A stretch of DNA of 64,000 nt from Candidatus Binatia bacterium (lineage in GTDB: Bacteria > Desulfobacterota > Binatia > Bin18). Position numbers and translations under genes: made by a program. The stretch's first letter is position 1, and the number at the start of each line of letters is the position of its first letter. Positions 30,529 to 39,829 of the stretch are shown piece after piece. The notes beneath the pieces are model-generated. The model ran no database searches and was not told the origin of the DNA. It was given only the letters and a program-made list of their open reading frames with translations. Where the stretch lies: NCBI GenBank assembly GCA_963664395.2, contig OY761159.2, forward strand, positions 3,776,001-3,840,000, given 5' to 3'.

Positions 30529-31622
30529 AGCCCTCCTCCTTTTGTTCCTCTATCGGGTTTCGGGGTTTCCGGGTTTCCGGGTTTCGGGGTTTCGATGAGC
30601 TGAGTCACGGCCTGTGACCGAGATCCCAACCACGGCGGCACAATGGCCCCAAACCCACCCGCCGGGCCTCCGGCGGCAACAACGAGTAAATCGTCGGCTG
30701 AGCGTAAGGCGCTGAAGCGTTGGTCTGCTCCCTTGCCCATGTTGACGATTTTCTTCTTTCCCACCGTGGCCCAGTCGCGGCGCACAACGCGGGCTGAATG
30801 GTAGACATACTCCTGAATATCGTGCTTTTGCCAACCCGCGGCTGCAATGAGGTCGCGCAATTGTTTAGGGATGAGTACGGCATAATTCCCCGCCCAGATC
30901 GAATAGGTCAACATATTGTGACGCATCTCTGCGGCAAAGGTCTCGACGATTTCTTCCGGGTCGCGGGTCCATTCGTTCATGGTCTGGTGTGGGGATTCGC
31001 CCGCCATAACGGTTACGGCCGACGCCCCGGCTGGAATGCCACGCTGTTGAGCCAAGGGAGTCCACGGCGTGTCTTCTTCGTCTTCAGCAATACAGAAGGT
31101 GAATTTACCTGGATGACCGAGGGTGGATCGATCGAGTTGTCCAGGCACACAGCCAAGCACGTTAATGAGCATGAGGCGAATGGCGCGACCAATGCTGGCA
31201 TTGGCCCGATTGCTATTGCCCAAGACATTATGGGTCGCGTTGAGCCCTATACTCCGACGAACAGGTCCGTTGACCACGATAAACTGGGCACTGCCACCGG
31301 TGCTCGCCGTGCTGCCGTGCAGGTTGAACTCTGGCTGACACATGGCTTTGATAACGGCGGCGACGACGGGCATATAGGCCGGCAGACAGCCCGCCATCAC
31401 CGCATTGATGGCGACCTTCTCCGCGGTAATCGGACGTTGGCGGACTGACTCTACGCCAACAACAGCGCCGGGTGCTAAGCCAGCCGCATTGAGACAGGCG
31501 TGCACGGCTTCCTCCGTTGGTGGAAGAATGGGCAGTCCGTCTGTCCAGCCGCGTTGGGAATACACGTCATTCACGGCTACGCCGTCTTCGAGGTCGTATG
31601 TTGGAGACCGCAAGTGCGCCAC
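30525..31622 (-). CDS. Uncharacterised protein of the family usually paired with UGSC proteins
   Basis: GWTDGLPILPPT, EKVAINAVMAGC, NRANASIGRA, GHPGK, VVAAGG; ATAG overlap with the UGSC gene. Confidence 0.75.
   Translation of the reverse strand: MAHLRSPTYDLEDGVAVNDVYSQRGWTDGLPILPPTEEAVHACLNAAGLAPGAVVGVESVRQRPITAEKVAINAVMAGCLPAYMPVVAAVIKAMCQPEFNLHGSTASTGGSAQFIVVNGPVRRSIGLNATHNVLGNSNRANASIGRAIRLMLINVLGCVPGQLDRSTLGHPGKFTFCIAEDEEDTPWTPLAQQRGIPAGASAVTVMAGESPHQTMNEWTRDPEEIVETFAAEMRHNMLTYSIWAGNYAVLIPKQLRDLIAAAGWQKHDIQEYVYHSARVVRRDWATVGKKKIVNMGKGADQRFSALRSADDLLVVAAGGPAGGFGAIVPPWLGSRSQAVTQLIETPKPGNPETPKPDRGTKGGGL
30553..30594. repeat. 8-bp tandem repeat (GGGTTTC[C/G]) x5 inside the CDS 3' end
   Basis: cgggtttcggggtttccgggtttccgggtttcggggtttcg. 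Confidence 0.8.
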
Positions 31623-31625
31623 TGG

Positions 31626-32915
31626 CTATTCCTTTCGTTTCTGTGTCTCGCGCAACAAATAGGGCAGCAGCGGCACCATAACAAGTAGGGGAATACTCAC
31701 TAGGACCGCGGCCCAGAGCACACCCAGGTGCTCTGTGATATAGCCTCCTGACCATGGTCCTAACACGATGCCAAGACTAAACGCCATATTATAAAACCCA
31801 AAGGCTTTGCCGGACTGCCCTTCGGTGAGATGGTCCACCATCAATGGCAGGGTGGGGACAAGGGCTGCTGACAGGGCAATGATCGTCGCCAGCGCAAGGG
31901 GGAAAAGCCAGACCGAATCAAGGGCGTAAAAAAGGCTGGGAGTGAGGACCGCCGCGGCGAGAAGGCCGCATTGGATGGGTTCTCGTCGCCCGCGTCGGTC
32001 CGACCACCAGCCTATGAGAGGCTGGATAATAAGCATGGCGAGGCCCCAGCCTGAAAAGAACAGTCCGATGTGTTGGCGCGACCAACCCAGCCGGGAGAAC
32101 TGGAGCGGGAGCAGTATCTCAATGGCCCCAAGTGTGGCGCAGGTCACGAGAATCACGCAGCAGGCGCACACGAGTTCACGCCGGAATCCGTCTCGGAAAA
32201 AGGATGGAGCAGCCGCGTCGGGAACAGCCCTTTGGGTGGAGGGCGTAGAAGCTCTCGGGAGGAGGGCAAAGGCGCAGAGGGCCAAGCCCAACGGCACCCC
32301 GGCAAAATACAGGAATGGGTCACGCACCTGACCCAGACTGCCGAGGGCCGGCCCGGCGACGACGCCAACGCTGAAGGCCATCATCAGGACACTCATTTCC
32401 ACCCCACGCCGCTCTGTGGTGGCAAGCCGAGCCGCGAGGGGGAGGGCAGCCGCCCAGGTTGCGGACGCTGCGATCCCTTGCGTGACGCGGCAGCCGAGGA
32501 GCGACCAGAATCCGCTTGCCTGCCAAAATCCGAGTGAGGCGAGTCCCAAGGTCAGCATGCCAACTGCCAGCCATCTCCGTTCGCCCCAGCGGTCAACCAG
32601 TAGACCAAAGGGGAGATACAGGAGAAGGGAAATCAACCCGTATGAGGCATACAGGGTCCCCGCGCGGGTTTCTCCCAATCCCAATTCCGCCACAAAGCTC
32701 GGCAGCGCCGGGATGATAATGGTATACCCCACGGCATCGGTAAAAATAATGGCAATCGCAAGGCTGAGCAAAAGCCAGCGCGGACACGCAGCCCGAGCGG
32801 CGGGAGTGATAATGGCTGCTACGGATGGGGGTGAAGCTGAAAACGATACAGCGGGTTGAGAAGGAGAAGAAAGGGGGGCGCGCGCAGGTGGAGGGGAGGG
32901 ATCAGACTGCTTCAT
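31626..32915 (-). CDS. MFS transporter
   Basis: GLLVDRWGER and SDRRGRR MFS motifs; about 12 hydrophobic segments. Confidence 0.9.
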   Translation of the reverse strand: MKQSDPSPPPARAPLSSPSQPAVSFSASPPSVAAIITPAARAACPRWLLLSLAIAIIFTDAVGYTIIIPALPSFVAELGLGETRAGTLYASYGLISLLLYLPFGLLVDRWGERRWLAVGMLTLGLASLGFWQASGFWSLLGCRVTQGIAASATWAAALPLAARLATTERRGVEMSVLMMAFSVGVVAGPALGSLGQVRDPFLYFAGVPLGLALCAFALLPRASTPSTQRAVPDAAAPSFFRDGFRRELVCACCVILVTCATLGAIEILLPLQFSRLGWSRQHIGLFFSGWGLAMLIIQPLIGWWSDRRGRREPIQCGLLAAAVLTPSLFYALDSVWLFPLALATIIALSAALVPTLPLMVDHLTEGQSGKAFGFYNMAFSLGIVLGPWSGGYITEHLGVLWAAVLVSIPLLVMVPLLPYLLRETQKRKE

Positions 32916-33408
32916 CGTTTTTTGCAGTGACAGGCGTGTTGGTATGGGAGGAGAAAAGGTCTGGATGTTGGGCAACAAAGACGCTCGGGTCACCCCGACT
33001 CAGCGCCTGGAGATAGGCTTGATTATGGTCATTCAGCCACTGTTTCTCAGAAATGATGTCAGCGGCGCGCTCGTCCGTGGGCTCGCCCTGTAGGCTCATT
33101 TCTTGTTTGAGCTGTAAGAGACGGTCAACGATAACGAGCGGATTCTGACCGGCGTTCTCTTCTTCTGTCTCCAGCAGCAGCTCGGACGTCCGTTTGTTCA
33201 AATAATCCAGCATCATGGTCCGCTGACGAGGTGTTGCCAGCTTGCCGGCGGCTCGTGCGGCGATTTTGGCATCCTCTTCACCAAGCAACGCGTAGACTTT
33301 TGCGGCATTGAAGAAATAGGAATGGACGCTATGGGTCTGTCCACGCCCTCGGGACCAGACATAGAAGAGGGCCAAGATGGTCAGTGTTGTTACGAGAATG
33401 ACGACCAT
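32902..33408 (-). CDS. Hypothetical membrane-anchored protein
   Basis: N-terminal TM helix; overlaps the MFS start. Confidence 0.6.
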   Translation of the reverse strand: MVVILVTTLTILALFYVWSRGRGQTHSVHSYFFNAAKVYALLGEEDAKIAARAAGKLATPRQRTMMLDYLNKRTSELLLETEEENAGQNPLVIVDRLLQLKQEMSLQGEPTDERAADIISEKQWLNDHNQAYLQALSRGDPSVFVAQHPDLFSSHTNTPVTAKNDEAV

Positions 33409-33497
33409 AATCGCAGGTCCTTAACCGCTTTTCCCACCCAGACTATAGCACCAACGCGAGGACAACGGTATGGCTGTCGAGCCCTTAAGCTGGCCGG

Positions 33498-34115
33498 CTA
33501 GGCTGCCAGCCGCTCGCGCACGCGGACCAGGCGCTCAGCGCCCCAGAACAGCTCTCCGTTGACCACATAGCTGGGGACGCCAAACACGCCTCCTTTTTCG
33601 GCCTCGGTTTGTATGCGCTCCAGATCGTGGCGCCCGTCGCCGCTCAGGTAATCGAGAAATCCTGGGGCATTGACGCCTACTTCTTCCAGCACGGCCTTCA
33701 GCACCTGGGGGTCTTCAATATCGAGTTCGCGTTTCCAAAACCGTTCATACACGACCTGGTGGTATGGTCGAAAATCGCCCTGCTGCTTGGCGTACAACAT
33801 GCCGATGTGGCCCAGTGAAGAGTCGAAAATATGTTGGGGGCCACGAATCGTAAGACCGCGTCGCGTGGCCTCCCGTCGGCAGTCCATATAGCTATACTTC
33901 ACCCGCCGCCACTGATGGGCATTACGCTCCTCGGTGATGACCTTGCCGGTTTCATCGACCTGGGCAGAACCCAGAAATTTGGGAATGTCCAACGTCAGCG
34001 GCAGAAAGTTTACCGTCACATCAAACTCGTTTTCGAGCTGAAAGGTTTCCTCTTGGGCGAGGTAGGCGTACGGGCTCTTATAATCAAAGTAATGGGTGAT
34101 GGTGGTGGTCGCCAT
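33498..34115 (-). CDS. 2-hydroxychromene-2-carboxylate isomerase / DsbA (kappa GST) family
   Basis: YFDYKSPYAYLA, GVFGVPSY..GELFWG. Confidence 0.9.
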   Translation of the reverse strand: MATTTITHYFDYKSPYAYLAQEETFQLENEFDVTVNFLPLTLDIPKFLGSAQVDETGKVITEERNAHQWRRVKYSYMDCRREATRRGLTIRGPQHIFDSSLGHIGMLYAKQQGDFRPYHQVVYERFWKRELDIEDPQVLKAVLEEVGVNAPGFLDYLSGDGRHDLERIQTEAEKGGVFGVPSYVVNGELFWGAERLVRVRERLAA

Positions 34116-34188
34116 ACGGGTACTCCTGTCTTCTCGGTCGCGGCTCGAACCTAGCCTATCCACCCGCACCCCTGCAAGGGAGCACCAT

Positions 34189-34319
34189 GTAGGGGCAACC
34201 CCGTGTGGTTGCCCGGTCCGTGTGGTTGCTCGGTCCGTGTGGTTGCTCGGTCCCTGTGGTTGCCCCTGTGGTTGCTCGGTCCCTGTGGTTGCTCGGTCCC
34301 TGTGGTTGCTCGGTCCCTG
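34189..34319. repeat. GTAG REP followed by a 17-bp minisatellite (7 units)
   Basis: GTAGGGGCAACCCCGTGTGGTTGCCC then CC(G/C)TGTGGTTGCTCGGT repeated. Confidence 0.9.
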
Positions 34320-34372
34320 CGCCCTTGCCTCGGCGCTCTCTCCAGTGCAATACACAACACCAGGAGGACAGC

Positions 34373-35605
34373 ATGAGCAAGCGTATATCCACGGCGAAAA
34401 CGGAACCGCGCCGCAGGCGCTCCCCCCGGGTTGGCTCGCGCCAGGAACTCGTCCGCCGCGCCCAGGCGCTGGCGCCGATTCTTCGTCAACGCGCGCCGTA
34501 CACCGATGACATCCGCCGCTTACCCGATGAAACCCGCCAGGAGCTGCGGGCGTCCGGTCTCGCCCGGATTCTCCAGCCGGCGCGCTATGGTGGGTGTGAG
34601 GCCCACTTGTCCGGCATGGTCGATATTCTGACGACGATCGGCAGCGGCTGCGGTTCAACTGCCTGGTGTCTGGCTCAATACATCGGTCATAACTTCATGG
34701 TTGCGCAGTGGCCGGAACGCGCCCAAGAAGAAGTCTGGGGAACGAACCCGCAAAATCTGTTGAGCGGTGTTCTCATTCCCCTGTTGGGCCGGGCCAGAAA
34801 GGTCCGGGGCGGGTATGAGCTGTCCGGGCAGTTTCCCTTTGTGAGTGGTGTCATGACCTGTGACTGGTGCTTGTTTGCCGGCATGGTGGAAAACGGACCG
34901 GCCGGCAAGCCCGAAGAGCGCTATTTCATCCTGCCCCAGGGAGCATTCGAGATTCTCGATACCTGGGATGCAATCGGACTGCGTGGCTCAGCCAGCCACG
35001 ATGTCAAAGCCGAGCGTGTTTTTATCCCGACGTATATGACGCTGCCGCTTCGGCACCTGAAAGGTGGTGAGACAAGTCCGGGGCGCAAGGTTAATCATGC
35101 GCCGTTGTACCGTTCGCCCAGCTATATGACGTTCGGCATTCTCATCTCCAGCGCGTCGGTTGGTATCGCGGCTGGCATTGTTCGTGACTATGTTGAGCAA
35201 GTCAAAAGCCGGGTTGCACTCATGTCCGGCCGGGGCCTGCATGAGCAGGTGCTACAACACACGAAGATTTCAGAAGCCACGCTCGCGGTCGAAGCCGCCA
35301 CAGCGCTGCTGCATAGCAACTGCGACGAGATTATGCAGGTGCTCGAAGCGGGTGACCTGCCGTCGCCTGAGCAGCGGACAAAATATCGTGCTGCGGGGGC
35401 ATACGCCGGCAAGTTGGCGTTTCAAGCTGCGAATCTGGTATGGGATGCTGGCGGTGGACGCGGCGTGTATATGAATAATCCAATTGCGCGCGCCTATCGC
35501 GATATGTGTACCGCAACCCGTCATTTTACCCATAGTTGGGATGTAAACGGCGCGACGCACGGACGGGTCAGGGTCGGGCTGCCAATGGACAACCCGGCGT
35601 TGTGA
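34373..35605 (+). CDS. Flavin-dependent monooxygenase, oxygenase subunit (HsaA-like ACAD fold)
   Basis: QPARYGG, CGSTAW, DTWDAIGLRGSASHD, NPIARAYRD; RBS AGGAGG. Confidence 0.85.
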   Translation: MSKRISTAKTEPRRRRSPRVGSRQELVRRAQALAPILRQRAPYTDDIRRLPDETRQELRASGLARILQPARYGGCEAHLSGMVDILTTIGSGCGSTAWCLAQYIGHNFMVAQWPERAQEEVWGTNPQNLLSGVLIPLLGRARKVRGGYELSGQFPFVSGVMTCDWCLFAGMVENGPAGKPEERYFILPQGAFEILDTWDAIGLRGSASHDVKAERVFIPTYMTLPLRHLKGGETSPGRKVNHAPLYRSPSYMTFGILISSASVGIAAGIVRDYVEQVKSRVALMSGRGLHEQVLQHTKISEATLAVEAATALLHSNCDEIMQVLEAGDLPSPEQRTKYRAAGAYAGKLAFQAANLVWDAGGGRGVYMNNPIARAYRDMCTATRHFTHSWDVNGATHGRVRVGLPMDNPAL

Positions 35606-35620
35606 GTACCAACGAACCGA

Positions 35621-36265
35621 TTAGGGTCCGTCCCGTCTTCCGTGTCGCCACAGGAGAAGCACAGTTCCCAAGACAAGCAGGTCCAGACAAAGATGCACGG
35701 CAGCCAGCAACTCCCGGGGGAGCGGCTGTGTTGTGGCCGCCAGGGGGACAAGGAGAGCCGGCGCAGAAGATTGGTCTGCCGCATGCTGTACCATCGTTGT
35801 CAGGAGCCGCCGCTGCTGCTGAACCGTATCCAGCGCGGTCCAGTGCCCATAGGCAAATGCACTGAAGGCCAGCGCCCAGAGTGACAAGAGGGCCGTGACT
35901 GTGCGGGGGCGAGACGTGAGCTGGACGAGTACGGTAGAAAAAATGATCAGCCCCAATCCAACACCAGCAAAGACGAACCAGAGTTGCCGGGCGGCTGCGG
36001 ACTGCTGAAACACCAGTCCGAGGATGTTGTGGGCCGTAATGATAGTAGTTGGGTCGAAGCCAACTTGGGGCGGCTCGATATGCGGGTCTATGCCAAGATC
36101 GGTCGTGGAATGGCCGCCCTCGTCTACGAGGCGAAAGCTCTCCTGGCCGAGTGTTGGCGGCCCGTCCGATTCGGTGGCAGCGCCGGGACTGCTACACAGT
36201 GCCGCGCCAATAACAAGCGTAAAAAACAGGGTGCGCAATTGACTGCCGTCCGGTCTGTGAGCCAT
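35621..36265 (-). CDS. Hypothetical membrane protein
   Basis: Several hydrophobic segments; start uncertain. Confidence 0.5.
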   Translation of the reverse strand: MAHRPDGSQLRTLFFTLVIGAALCSSPGAATESDGPPTLGQESFRLVDEGGHSTTDLGIDPHIEPPQVGFDPTTIITAHNILGLVFQQSAAARQLWFVFAGVGLGLIIFSTVLVQLTSRPRTVTALLSLWALAFSAFAYGHWTALDTVQQQRRLLTTMVQHAADQSSAPALLVPLAATTQPLPRELLAAVHLCLDLLVLGTVLLLWRHGRRDGP

Positions 36266-36392
36266 GTGTCTGAAGTCGCTGTGGTATTTGCTCTTCTTTT
36301 TGCCAGGAACGACAGCGACGTGCCAGTGGGGGTGGGTGCTTCCGAACGTCTCGCGCGGGTTGCCACTGGTTAGATGAATGCTTGTCTGCGTA

Positions 36393-36514
36393 TGGCTCGA
36401 AGACCTGGCCACCGATTGTGCAGAAGACGGAAGTATGCTTCTCTGTACGCTTGTACGCCGCTCAAGATTGTCGGCGCTGCCGGCTCGCCGATTAACCCGA
36501 TTGTGGTGAAATAG
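36393..36514 (+). pseudogene. C-terminal remnant of a cyclase (kynurenine formamidase-like) family gene
   Basis: WLEDLATDCAEDG / YASLYACTPLKIVGAAGSPINPIVVK* across one frameshift. Confidence 0.6.
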
Positions 36515-36522
36515 GAAAAACA

Positions 36523-37461
36523 ATGCCTCTCTTTAGGTTGCGGGTAGAAGGTGACGATATGTCCAATGCTGAACTCGTCATCGCGCAAGAAACAAATCTC
36601 AAACTTGAGCGCTATTTGGAGAGTTGGCTTGAAAATAGTCCTGGAGCACTGACCCAAGACGAGCTTATTCTTTGGATTGGTCGGCAAACGAGTGCCACAA
36701 CGGAGGAAGGTACTATCTTTCCTGATTTGCTTGGGGTGGATTCCGAAGGAAACCTTGTCATTGTCGAACTGAAGAGAGACCGAGCGCCACGCGACGTGGT
36801 AGCACAACTGCTGGAATACGCGGCATGGGCAAATGAACTTTCAGAGGATCAAGTTCATGAGATGGCGGAGGGGTACTTCCAGACTCGCGACGAGTTCCAA
36901 GGAAGGAGTTTCCATGATGTCTTCAATGATATCTTTGACCCCGACGAAGTCCCTGCGCTGAATCGGAGTTTGCGCTTATTTATTGTCGCGGAAGAAATAT
37001 CCCCGAGAGTATCGAGTGTTTGTCGATTCCTCCGAACTGCACATGGAATGGATATCAGTTGCATAGCTGTTTCAACGTTCCAGACGGAATCCGGAGAAGT
37101 GCTGGTCAATACGGAAGCAAAGGTTGGAGATGGAAACATTGGTGCTCCCAAAGCTCAGAGGCGGCTTGCCTCGCACATCTCGCAGTGGTCGGGTGACAAA
37201 TCGGTAAGAGAGGTGGTGTTGGAAGCAGTGCAGGAATTAACGGGAGGAGATACAAACGTTGAATTTACACCAAAAGAGGTCCGTGCACTCGTCTTGAAGA
37301 AGTATCCCAACTTCAATGAGGGTACAGTAGGAGCTCAGCTTTATATGGGAACTCAACTCTATAAGGGGACTTATCCTTATAAATATTATTGGCGGGTAGA
37401 AAAGGGGAAATACCGTCTGCACGATCTCAAAAGAGACAAGGTGCATAGGGGTGATGGGTAG
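36523..37461 (+). CDS. NucS/DUF91-like PD-(D/E)XK endonuclease domain protein
   Basis: LERYLESWL, FPDLLGVDSEGNLVIVELKRD..RDVVAQLLEYA; visibly lower GC. Confidence 0.8.
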   Translation: MPLFRLRVEGDDMSNAELVIAQETNLKLERYLESWLENSPGALTQDELILWIGRQTSATTEEGTIFPDLLGVDSEGNLVIVELKRDRAPRDVVAQLLEYAAWANELSEDQVHEMAEGYFQTRDEFQGRSFHDVFNDIFDPDEVPALNRSLRLFIVAEEISPRVSSVCRFLRTAHGMDISCIAVSTFQTESGEVLVNTEAKVGDGNIGAPKAQRRLASHISQWSGDKSVREVVLEAVQELTGGDTNVEFTPKEVRALVLKKYPNFNEGTVGAQLYMGTQLYKGTYPYKYYWRVEKGKYRLHDLKRDKVHRGDG

Positions 37462-37650
37462 GCTGACCAAAGATAGGAGCGCGCTAAGGGAGAGCGAAGG
37501 CGAGTGGCCTGAAGGGGAACTATTGCCAACGATATTGCAGGAATCTAGGTACATTGATCTACCTGGAATCTTGCAAATTAAAGAGAGGTGGACCCGAAGC
37601 CCATCCCTTGTATGAATCCCGACTCTCCCTGTCCAAAAAGACCGACGAAA

Positions 37651-38553
37651 CTAGAGCCCTTGCAGAATTTTTGCGCGTTTGTCCTGGTACTCCGCGTCGG
37701 TCAGATAGCCTCTGTCATGCAAACGTTCAATCTCATCCAAACGTTCTTCGGTCGTGACGTACTGCACCGCAAGTCCTGACGCAGACGCGCTCCCATCCGT
37801 GCGGGTCTTGTAGCGGGCTTTAATAATTGCATCGACCTGACTGCCGTATTTTCGTAACGCATTGGCGCTGAGTGTGTTGAACAGGCGTGTCTGGCTGGTG
37901 TTTTCCTTGTCCTCGTCTCTGATGAGAGAGAGCGGCGCGTCCCAGATTTTTTGGGAGAGCGTTTTTTCATTACGCTGAACCCTGGTGCGGACTTTCCCCA
38001 GTTTCCGGTACGGCCGCGTTGGTGTCCCGGCCGTGACCACGACATCGACTGGAGACTTTTTGCCGGAATAGTCCCGTTCCTGCGTTGACGTTTGTGTCTG
38101 CACCACTTGCTTGGGCGGCTCATAATGCGTGGTCACATTGGCTTTGAGTGGAGCCAGCAACGGTTCGGGGAGCGAAGCAACACCGGAGCCAACCCGCACG
38201 ATACTGCCACTGTCGGAATTACTTTCAATAAAGACGTTCTGTTCGGACTTGCCGAGCGGTTTGTCCGGGTCGCGGACGGTCACCACCCAGCGGTCGTCGT
38301 TTTCAATTGCCTTTTGCTTGGGTACCCAGCCCTCAGCCTTGGCCGTTTTAATTAACAGCGCGGCCAGTTGTTGAGGCGGCGGCGAAAAATGCGCGGTTTG
38401 AGAGTCCGCATCGATTTTGCCCTCTTCTGTGAGCGGTGTGGTCGAAGCGGATTTGCCGGGGCTTGAGAGTTTTGGAATAAGGCTCTTACTGCACGCCGGC
38501 AGACTCAGTAAGAGCAGCGAGAGACACCCATAAAGCACAGCCCTGCGAATCAT
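37651..38553 (-). CDS. Lipoprotein with C-terminal SHOCT domain
   Basis: Lipobox LPAC; EERLDEIERLHDRGYLTDAEYQDKRAKIL. Confidence 0.75.
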   Translation of the reverse strand: MIRRAVLYGCLSLLLLSLPACSKSLIPKLSSPGKSASTTPLTEEGKIDADSQTAHFSPPPQQLAALLIKTAKAEGWVPKQKAIENDDRWVVTVRDPDKPLGKSEQNVFIESNSDSGSIVRVGSGVASLPEPLLAPLKANVTTHYEPPKQVVQTQTSTQERDYSGKKSPVDVVVTAGTPTRPYRKLGKVRTRVQRNEKTLSQKIWDAPLSLIRDEDKENTSQTRLFNTLSANALRKYGSQVDAIIKARYKTRTDGSASASGLAVQYVTTEERLDEIERLHDRGYLTDAEYQDKRAKILQGL

Positions 38554-38772
38554 CTCTTCTCGTTTTTGTCCTGTAATCGATCTTCGCCCCATATTTCCCT
38601 TCATCCTTCTCGTAGTCTGGTGTGGAAATGTAGACTCGATTGTAAGCCAAGTCGAGTATGGGGACAACTCGGTCTGTCCGTGGAGTGGCCGGCGGGCACG
38701 CCATAGCCGCGCTCATGACCACAATGTTATAACGTGCGGTACGAATACTGTGAGCCTGGAAGGAGACTCTTC

Positions 38773-39812
38773 GTGAGCCAGAATATCAATCGACAATGGC
38801 GCTTGGCCTGCCGTCCGTACGGCATGGTCAAGGAATCGGACTTTGCGTATCACGAAGCCGATATCCCACAGCTTGAAGACGGTCAGTTTCTCGTCCGCAA
38901 TTTGTATCTGGCCTTTGAACCGGCCATGCGCGGCTGGATTGAAGACCGCAAGAGTTATATTCCGCCGGTGCGGATTGGTGAGGTCATGCGGGCGCTGAGC
39001 GTGGGGCAAGTTGTTGAGTCGTGCCATCCGAATTTTCGGCCGGGCGAGTGCGTGCAGGGTGGCTTTGGCTGGCAGGACTATGCCGCGGCAAGCGAACAGG
39101 GCGGCCTGATGCCGCCGACAAAAATTCCGGCTGATGCCTCATTAACCTGGCCGTTGGGTGTTCTTGGGGTGACGGGTCTTACGGCGTATTTCGGCATTCT
39201 GGACATCGGGCAGCCCAAAGCTGGTGAGACTTGTGTCGTATCAGGCGCGGCTGGGGCAACCGGCTCAGTTGCCGGACAGATTGCCAAGCTCAAAGGCTGC
39301 CGGGTCATCGGGATTGCCGGCGGACCGGAAAAATGTCGCTGGTTGACCGAAGAGGCCCACTACGATGCGAGCATCGATTACAAGGCTGAAGACGTGGAAG
39401 CCCGGCTCGGCGCGCTGTGCCCGGACGGCATCAATCTGTATTTTGATAATGTTGGTGGGGACATCCTTGATGCTGCGCTAGCTCACATTGCTCTGAACGC
39501 GCGGGTGGTGCTGTGTGGCGGAATTTCGCGCTACAACGAAGCAACGTACCGCCGCCCGGACCGAAAAACTATATGAATCTGGTGATCCAACGGGCGCGGA
39601 TGGAGGGTTTTATTGTCATCGATTACGCCGCCCGGTTTGGTCAGGCGGCCCAAGAGCTGACGGAATGGATTACCAGTGGCCGGTTGACCTTTCAGGAGGA
39701 CATTCAAGAGGGATTTGAAAACGCACCGCGCACGTTTCTGCGGCTGTTTGAAGGCAAGAATCGGGGCAAGCAATTGTTAAAAATCGCCGAGCCGTCATTA
39801 GACCGATTGTAA
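38773..39812 (+). CDS. NADP-dependent oxidoreductase (CurA/YncB, prostaglandin reductase-like); frameshift near 39545
   Basis: NRQWRLACRP, GLTAYFG, SGAAGATGS, YFDNVGG; continues in another frame as RARMEGF..GKNRGK. Confidence 0.85.
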
Positions 39813-39829
39813 TTTCCAGAGGAAGCGTC

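Noticed and set aside
34201-34319. Possible CRISPR array
   Set aside because: Units are contiguous with no unique spacers and no cas genes are present; it is a minisatellite.
33498-34658. 386-aa and 466-aa extended ORFs crossing the minisatellite
   Set aside because: The extensions are translated repeat sequence; real starts with RBS are at 34115 (minus) and 34373 (plus).
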